In this document: piece after piece, positions 55,201 through 64,000 of the stretch
How the letters are laid out: every line of letters begins with the position of its first letter
Numbering within the stretch: position 1 is the stretch's first letter
Assembly (NCBI RefSeq): GCF_964355755.1
Contig: NC_092680.1
Location: 14,641,045-14,705,044 of the forward strand
DNA: 64,000 nt
Direction of reading: 5' to 3'
Source of the DNA: Antedon mediterranea
Taxonomy: Eukaryota; Animalia; Echinodermata
Program-made: the position numbers and the translations under genes
The notes under the pieces: model-generated
What the model was told of the DNA's origin: nothing
Databases searched by the model: none
What the model saw: the letters and a program-made list of their open reading frames with translations, nothing else

Positions 55201-58200
55201 TTAGTCTTGGTATTCGTGGAGACACGTCTACGAAAATTATTCAGATCATTTGTCAAATGTGATTTTGTCTCTGTTTATATATATGTATTATATATTTTTG
55301 AATGCAAGATAATTAAAATAGTGATTTTGGTTTCTAGTTTTGCATCATAAATCAAGACGGGCTTATTAAAAGTACAAGAATTTAGATGGATTTGATTGCT
55401 TACCATAGCTAGGCTGTTGAGGTTGGGCCGTTTGACCAAATTGGCCGCCTTGTATAGGGTATTGACTTCTTTGTGCCTGCTGATTCATATAGTTAGGCTG
55501 AGGTGCAGAGTTGTTGTAGCCTCCTCCGTAGTTTCCTGGCCCTGGCTGACCTGCTGCTCCACCACCATGTGGTCCACCAGGCCCTCCTTGACCAGGTGGT
55601 GGGCCATAGCTTTGTTGGCCATAGGTATCTGTTTATAAAAGAATTAAGATTACCAAATAACATAAGACATTTTTCATTCCCTTATTTATTCGAATATTTA
55701 TTGAATAAATGTCCCTTGTTGCCCCGCATATCTACACAAAATTGTATTACAACACCTTTCTATTTGTATTGTAGCAAAATTCATTGATTATATAATTATA
55801 TAATGATGATAATGATCTATAATTTACAAAGCCTCCTGAACAATAACACGCCGTTTATCTCAATAAATATATATTGACATTTAAATCAAAATACTCACTC
55901 ATCGATGGCCCTTGACCCCATTGGTCTGAAAAATAATAATAATAGAATTTTCAAACAAGTTGGTTTTAATTATAGACTTAAATTAATTAAACAAAAAAAA
56001 AACTCACTTTGTTGCTGCTGCTGTGGAGGCTGTGACCATCCTACAAGCAATTAATAAAAAGCATATCATTAAAAGAAATATTGGCATTAATAACATGAAA
56101 ATCTAGATATATATATATTTCACATTCAACAGCAAGAAACTTGTCAATTACAGGATGGATAAACTGTTTTATAATTTATCGTGCTTATAAACCGAGTTTC
56201 ATTTGAGGTTTCTGGAGTGAAGTTGAAAGAGTCAGTGCCAGAGTTAAAGCCCTGGCACTAGGTCATGATTGAACCCTGGCATTTTTATTCTCTTCAGTTT
56301 TTACATTTCACAAAACAAAACTTCCCATGATGTTAATGGTAGGTCCAAAAGTTTGCAGTAGACCGTACATAGTTGTTGAGGTTCTCAATGTTTCGATCAA
56401 TAACTTATGTGGACAATTGATATTGATTGGTATTGATCATAACGTTACCTTGCTGTTGACCACTAAAACCTGCAAAGCCTTGGTTCTGGTTAAATCCACC
56501 AGGTCCTCCTCCTGCATTTTGATTCCAGATGTTGGGTTGGTTAAAACTTCCTTGATTCATACCGCCGCCACCACCACCTCCACCCATTTGACGATTCCCT
56601 CCATCTTGTCGATCTCCACCATGGAACCTTGGTTGAGCTTTCTTTACTTCCACCTAAGAATTGAGAGAACAGAAACAGTAAGTAAAATAGCGAGTATTCA
56701 AATATTTAAAAAAACATTGCAGCAAATATATTTATAAAAGATAAACAAAATAAAATACTTTAATAATAAACTACTGATATAAAAATACAAATAATTATAT
56801 TTTATCTTTATCCAGAATTGTGATTAAAAAACATATGACATAAGTTTTTAAATTTCTAAAATCTTACCTTAATATTCCTGACTATATATAGTGACTATAA
56901 ATCAATTACTTACCTCACTGCTATTAAATAACACCGTACATCTACAACCTCATCTTAACTATACTCACCTTAAAATAAAACTTATGCTACAATCAACACG
57001 CCTGTGTTAAACATGTTTATTTTTATTTTCCAATTAATCAGTCTTCAAACTCCTTTGACATTGGTAAGCATCAAGAAATGATTTTGGTAGATTCAGTGCA
57101 TATCTTACCTTACAAATTATGTAGAAACTACAGTATAACAAACTTAAGGCATGCTATCACTTCACCTCAAACTAACCATGGAGTTACTCCATAAACTACA
57201 GTAACTTAGAAAAGAAAATAAACTACTGTACTTTGAAATCCCTAATAATTACATTTGCATGCGTTTCCTTAAATGCTAATTATAAATGGTTTATTTTAAC
57301 TTTACTATAAATAGCACAAGGACTAGAAAAAATGTTTTAAGTAAAACATATTAAGAAACTAAAGACTAATTAAAAGGTTTCAGTGTGCAAAGATGGTGAT
57401 AGCATTTAAGAAAACAACACTTAGTTAATATCTCGTTCTTTCTCCTCTTTACTAATTGTTTTCTCATTCACTGCTTATTTACATACTGTACAGTACTAAT
57501 TTAAATTCACTTATTCTGAATAAAGCCCAATATAGCTTCTTAATTAAAATAGCTAATAGGAAAACAATTTATGCAGCTAAACGATGCCAATTCTTAGATA
57601 AGAGAAGAAGAACAAATAGTCAAACTAAAGTAAAGTAACAAACTTATAACTGCACCCTTTTCCCTTTTATGTCCAAATAATGGATCGCATCCAATCGGTT
57701 GACTGTATCCTCACTATCAAAGGTGACAAATCCAAAGCCTACGCAAGGTATATGAAAAAATTCGAGTTAACATCATCCTGTCGAGATTTCCCAGGAGAAT
57801 AGTACTGTAGCTCTCGTGGATTACCGAAGAAGACTGACACCATCAACTTATTCAAATTAAGCATTTAACTATAGATCTTATAATCAATTAATCTTATGTA
57901 TACCATGTATTAGATACAGATATCTCTAAGCCTAAAGATTAAAAATAATTCTTATTAATTATGAAAGTTGTGTTGTATTTTTTTAAAAAGGTTTTAAACA
58001 TCTAAGTTACTTAATAATTATGTAAATTTATATATTTTAATAAAGCATTAAAGTAGTTATTCCTTCCTTTTTTAATAATTATATTAAATCAGATTTAAAT
58101 CACTAAATTTTGTCATATTAAAAACGGCAAAGTGTTCTTATAATTTAGAATGATATAAAACCCCTGTAATATTTAAGAGTAAAATTTAAATTTTCTAAAA

Positions 58201-60864
58201 AACTATTTTGATTATATAATTGGTGAGAATTAGATAGTAGCGATGACGTAAACACTTCATAATCTACGGAGTAGAATAACTTATAAAAACACATGCATAT
58301 ATACAATACAATATCAAACAGGTAGTCTTAAATTAAGTCTTAATCAAATGTTTTCTTATCAACAACAGTGTTCTACCCAGTATTTGACCCAGTCCTCATG
58401 GACACCTGTAGGAAACCTTGCATTGAGTAAGATCAATAAAAACCATCTTATAATTTGAATATGTACCATGGGGAATTATGAAGTTGGCCTGGAGATAAAG
58501 TTGAAAACAAGTAGTGCTCATAAATAATGGGTCCCTGTATTCTAGACAAAACATCGGTAGCGTGCCATGGCGCTTCAAAGCACTAGGGAGAACACTGAAC
58601 AATGTATAGTAAACTTAAGACTTAAAAATGTAGACTACAATACTAAAGATATAATATATAAATATCTCCTTATAAACAAAATGTTTCTCAAAATGTATAA
58701 ATTGTACAATTTAATTCAAAAGGTATGCATGCATGGAAAACACAGTTGTATATAAAAATGTAATACGAGATATAAGCTATTGTATATCTGCCAGTGGAAT
58801 TAAAGGTTCCAAAATTGTTTTTAGATAAAATTTACAATTGTTTGTTTAAAATGAAAATTACAGAAGAAAATATGAGAATGTTGCTTACCTCTGGACCTTT
58901 TAGTCTGTTGGTCTGTCATAATCACTACTTCAAGCACCTGAAATTAATTTCAAGACAATATGTTTACAATTGATTTGGAACATAAGATGGGTATTGCTAA
59001 TCTGCGCAAAACCCTAAAAACCCCTTCAAAATAAAAGAAAATTTCTGAAAAAAATTATTTGAAATTGACAGCCTTCATTTCAGTTTACAAAATTAATCTC
59101 GAAAAGATTCCTAAGGTGTTACGGTATAACTTCTAAACCTACAGTTCCATAACTGGAAAAAATGCCTTGCAGATCAGATTCTGTTGTGTCATTTGACAAG
59201 CCTCCTACAAACACCTTATTGTGTATTGTATTAGCAGCACGTTTGCTCTGACTTCTTGGTGTACAAGGCTTAGGATCAATCTAAAAAAACAAACAAAAAT
59301 TAATGTTTTAATATATGCTTTTGTCACGTGACTAATATATCAGTTGTCCTGAAAATCAATAGGCTTGTTCCTATACGTATTAACTTAAAAATCGTGGAAG
59401 CTATCGTGAAAGAAACCAAACAAGTACTTAAATAACGAGTTCTTTTTAAGGACAACTTGACCGAGGACGGTATTTTAACAACGTATTATTAGGGATGTAC
59501 ATATGATTTCAGAACCATCGAGCAATTAAGGATGTCACCGCACACGCTCGCCGTAAATTTCTGTAACATCACAGGTGCATCGCAAAATTTACGTCATAGT
59601 TCATTTTATTTGTCCATACGGAAATTCATGTGACATACAATTGCTCAAAGTTAAAAGGTTAATACAATAAAATTACATAGCAACAAAATTCAACGACTTA
59701 ACAACGATTATTAAAATGTCTAATTGAGTACGGAACAAAGAATTAAGGAAGCGTTTTATTCTACAGCGTGTAGCCCTCAAACGCCTTCCAGATCTCAACC
59801 ATTGAAAATCACTATAGAGTGGATGACTCATCTTTCATTATGGCAATGACATTATCATAAATATTGACGTTACAAACATCATCAAATCTAATGATCTGTT
59901 TAGTTATTCTGCACGCTTTATTTACTAAACATGGAACATTCTTTAGGTCTGATTTTCTAAAACTACTGAACCATATCAGACAACCAAATTCTTTAATATG
60001 TCTATGTTCGCAGTATTGGTGTATACAGCTTTATGATTAGTGATTTTGAATAATCAGTTTATTATACAAAAAAATAAGAATTACCTTCTTTCCATCTAAT
60101 ATATGAGGTCCTTCTTGGAGAACCTTATCAACAAGATTTGGATCTTTGTATCGAACAAATCCAAATCCTCTACTGCGACCATTGCCAGGATCATGCATTA
60201 ACACACAATCTGACAGCTCTCCATATTTGGAAAAGTATGCACGGATACTCTCTAAAAATAGAATTTATAATTAATTAATTTAGTCTCATATTAAAGGCAC
60301 CATGGTCTTTATCTATCATCTTTTTTACCCACCATTATTGCCTAGATAGGATTTGTTTAGGTTTAAGTTCTCAGTGTTAGCCTAGGCTAGTAGTTTCTGT
60401 AAGAATCTGTTACAATATGCAGTTAGTTCTGGTGCCGGAATCCTAACCTGGGACTCGGCAAATTTTTTATTAACACAAACCTTTTGTTGTATCCCAACTA
60501 ATTCCTCCCACAAAAATCTTTCTGCAAGAAAAAAAGCGATTATTTAGGTTAGGATAAGGCCTACCTCAACGCAAAAAAAGGCCAGTACAGCACCTATATG
60601 CCGCATGCGACCTCCATGTACGTGACTTCCTCATTTACATTGATAGGCTAGGCCATCCAATAGGCCTAATGCGAAGTCAAAACGAACCACGCCGCGCCAG
60701 CCATGCTTGCTTGGCGTTTAACAAAATGGATGGGCGGCGACAATACAATGAATTTTTAAATTCAATTATAAAGGGGCATAGCCTATAGGAGGCCTAGGCC
60801 CTAGGCTGATATAACTTGATACAATTATCATATAAACATACCCAAGTTCGTCGTCTGATGCCAT
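52207..60864 (-). CDS. DAZAP1: DAZ-associated protein 1 / Hrb27C-like hnRNP (two RRMs plus G/Q/P/Y-rich low-complexity tail), 494 aa; exons 60842-60864, 60481-60521, 60085-60251, 59143-59280, 58889-58937, 57656-57738, 56449-56653, 56008-56040, 55899-55925, 55404-55628, 54255-54452, 53188-53277, 52207-52412
   Basis: MASDDELGKIFVGGISWDTTKE..SRGFGFVRYKDPN..PHILDGKKIDPKPCTPR..NKVFVGGL..RSRGFGFVTF..VEVKKAQPR..FHPYKR*. IDPKPCTPR and the terminal FHPYxR PY-NLS are DAZAP1 hallmarks. All phases chain (1485 nt). Confidence 0.95.
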
Positions 60865-62539
60865 TGAGTTATTTAAAATAATATTCATGTACAAATTACA
60901 GCGCTATCTATTAATTCTTTACAACAATTCCACTAAATCGTCGTTAAAAAAACAAGTGCGCTTTTCTTTTCTTCACTTTCTCGATCCACCACACTTCCAG
61001 AGAGTACAAATGCAAAATGGACGTGCGAAGGTTGGCAGGTAGAAAATAAAAACCCAATATTAAACGTAAAAGTATTGCCAGAAATATTTTGGTCAATCAA
61101 ATTAAAAAAAAAAAAAAAAAAAAAAAAGCACTTGTTGTTTGAACAGGGAGTTGTAATTAAAAAAAACACTCACTGGTATGAATTATTAATTATTAGTACA
61201 TTCCTTTTTATTTTTATTTCAACAATATTTTACGAGAGTGGTCCATCCAGCCGAAGCTGGTCATTAGGTACCTTCACAAAAATACATGACAAGACATAAA
61301 CATGTAACAATAAAAATCAAATTTAAATAAATATAATTTATAAAGATAAAATAAAGCACAAAATATTTAATTTAAAAAAAATGAATTACCGGTAAATTAA
61401 ATTGGCCCTCTCAGAAGAAAGGGTAGGAAAAAGGAGATGGTACTTGAGCAGAAATTTAAAGGAAGTACAAAACACATCCATTATGTTTGTTCGGTGTACA
61501 AGACTAGCTTAATTCTTATTTTTCACTCCTTTAATAGGCAGTTACATTTAATAGAATGGAAACATTAGGAAACAGTTACCATGCAGTAGCTTCATTGTTT
61601 CTACGGCTGAAAAAAATGGGTATTTGGAAATTCGGACTAGGCATGCTCAAACGTCAAAGCATGTCTGGGAGAAGAGAGTACGAGATGTACGGTATGCGGC
61701 TATTTATTATTGAACAATAATAATAATAATAACGGTAAAAATCGTTCTTCTATGGTAAATAGTTTTGGCGAATGGTGTGTTTAGCCTATATTCTGATCTG
61801 ATATTGGCTAATTGAGTATGTTTGTCGGCGGATGTACGAATTTTTGGGAAATTAGAAATTTGTTTACAGGAATGTTGTAACACCCCTACCACAGAATATG
61901 CACAGTACTATTAAAGTTTTGTTCTATAAATTAGTAAGCTATGGACTTTGTTCTGAAATAAAATTTGATTGTTTGATTTAATTGAATGGTAAGCTAGATC
62001 AACTACAGAAGAAAAACTGCATCCAATCATAATCCCCATCCTCAAAACAATGTATTTAATAGCTGATGCCCTGCTTTATAATTAAATAGAACATTTCATA
62101 TCTTACGTTACACATGTTTACTAAGCCTACTGACAAATAAAATTGATAATAAATCATTATCATTAAATAGAATATCAATTAAAACCATCATTTAATGATG
62201 AGCTGTAACATCAAAAAGTCAAGCAGCATTTTTTTGTAAGAAATATATCTTGTTTAATTTATCATCTTTTTGAATCTGAAATTAATTTCCTAAAAATCAA
62301 TATTTTTGTAAAATTTTAGATAAATCTATTGCAGTTATTGCAGACTTTGCTGTACATAAAAGAACCTTAGATATTGTAGATCCACAAATCTTCTTAAATA
62401 TCAATATTTAGAATGTAACTAAAAAGTTTGTCATGATGGAAAATGAAATATAATGTTTGCAATAGTATTTTAAGTTCAACGTTAACAATATTTGATTTTA
62501 TTTGATTTTATAAAATTTCATATAAACAATTCATTAAAC

Positions 62540-63290
62540 AATGTCTTCAAATGGACGCAGACTTAAAGAACAGAATTGAGGAGATACTAGATAAGAACTG
62601 CTAGAGTTTGTCCCTACTACAACCTTTTTTCACTTTCCGTGACACCATCTACCAACAAGTGCATTGAATCGCCATGGGAAGTCCATGTAGTCCAATAGTA
62701 GCCAACCTATACATGGAATGGTTAGAGGAGCAGGCTATTGCTACAACTACACCTAACATTAAACCACGTTTATAGTTATATTATGTAGACGATATCCTAC
62801 TGGTATCAACAAGGACACGGCTCCTATTCTTAATGACCACATCAATAACATTGATCCTACAGGAAATATAAAATGTATGTTTGAAGAACTTACCAACAAC
62901 TCTATTCTTCGACACCCTCATCTCATTAGATATCGATGGCAACACATCGTAAACCAACAATACAAATCGATACACTACATGCATTTTGACTCTAATCACT
63001 CACTACAACATGAACTAATGTAACTCGCACTCTTATACATAGATGAAACAACATAGTTTCAACAGTCGGAAAGAGAGAAGATGAAATGAAGAACATCAAT
63101 ATAGCACTGAAAAACGGTGGATACCCTAATTGGACAGTAAATAAGGTAAAACAACAGAAGGAAGAAACAACCAAGAAAACACAAGACAAGGATATATTGG
63201 AATTCCTTACCTCAAAGGTCTATCAGAAAAGATAAAGAGAATTATACACTCACAAGATTGGAACATTCTTCAAACCTATTGATCATACAT
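62540..63290 (+). mobile_element. Degenerate Penelope-like retroelement RT fragment
   Basis: TTFFTFRDTIYQQVH*IAMGSPCSPIVANLYMEWLEEQAI...YVDDIL... and ALKNGGYPNW, with stops and frameshifts. Confidence 0.85.
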
Positions 63291-64000
63291 TCCAATAATT
63301 ATCGATCTATAGTTTCCCCTATGTTTCATAATTTTTTGGATTTTATTTGTGTTACACGAGCTTGTTGAAAATAAGCCCTTTCTTATCAGTGGGGGGATAG
63401 TTCAAATTACACAGTAAAATCTCTATTCTTTTGTACACAAATTTTGTAAATAGAGAGGCATTTTAAAAAGCTATTAAAAATAAATGGTGTGGTAAAAAAT
63501 GTTATCAGATAACTAAATATAGGTAATATAACTTGAATATTACATTCCTGATATTTTCATTCAACTTCAGATTTTTATTTTCATGCTATAGCAAAAATTA
63601 TCCACCGTATATCCACCATATTTTTTCACCTTTTAGGGAGTCACCAGACATGTTATTACATTAGGTTAACTACCTAACTACTGAAAAAAAGTCTTCCTGG
63701 TTTTTATAGAAGAATTTTGCCAAATTTTGTATTTGACCATATTAAGAAAAATTCATGTTTTTTCGTCTCGATTTCTGTTACAAATATTTGATTTGTGTAC
63801 AATTAACCAAATATTATATTTAAAATTCATGCCTGTACCTGAGCTTTAACATATCATTTCACCCCATTCCACCCAGAAGATTTGACCCTATAATGTTGTT
63901 AATACTACAAAAAACATGCAACAAAAGTTTGTCAGCCTGACCCCAAAAATAGCCTACCTCCAGATCCCCTAAAAAAAAACCCCCAAAAATAGTTTATTTT

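Noticed and set aside
59508-59572. Possible intronic C/D snoRNA in DAZAP1 (GTGATGT...CTGA on the minus strand)
   Set aside because: Imperfect C box, no terminal stem and no recognisable rRNA antisense element.

Overview
AT-rich, intron-rich animal genomic DNA, probably a marine invertebrate (inferred from the Deu-domain SINE and the transposon repertoire). It is not prokaryotic, so most ORF-track entries are spurious or exon fragments. Three spliced genes were reconstructed by hand with phase-consistent GT-AG junctions. (1) The last three coding exons of parkin (PRKN, +, 377-2966). (2) An unnamed 25-exon long coiled-coil gene of about 1249 aa (+, 7419-50317), with a probable short isoform and a C-terminal SxIP motif. 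(3) A complete 13-exon DAZAP1/Hrb27C-type two-RRM gene (-, 52207-60864, 494 aa), convergent with gene 2. The introns hold many non-autonomous transposons, including nested insertions with readable TIRs and TSDs, LINE, Penelope and SINE remnants, and several satellites. The most unusual signals are two minisatellites grown from exon ends that copy the splice donor, a cluster of unused strong 5' splice sites in a weak-donor DAZAP1 intron, and ATGGAG-n-CTCCAT micro-palindromes resembling P-element excision footprints. No clearly novel multi-gene system could be established from sequence alone.
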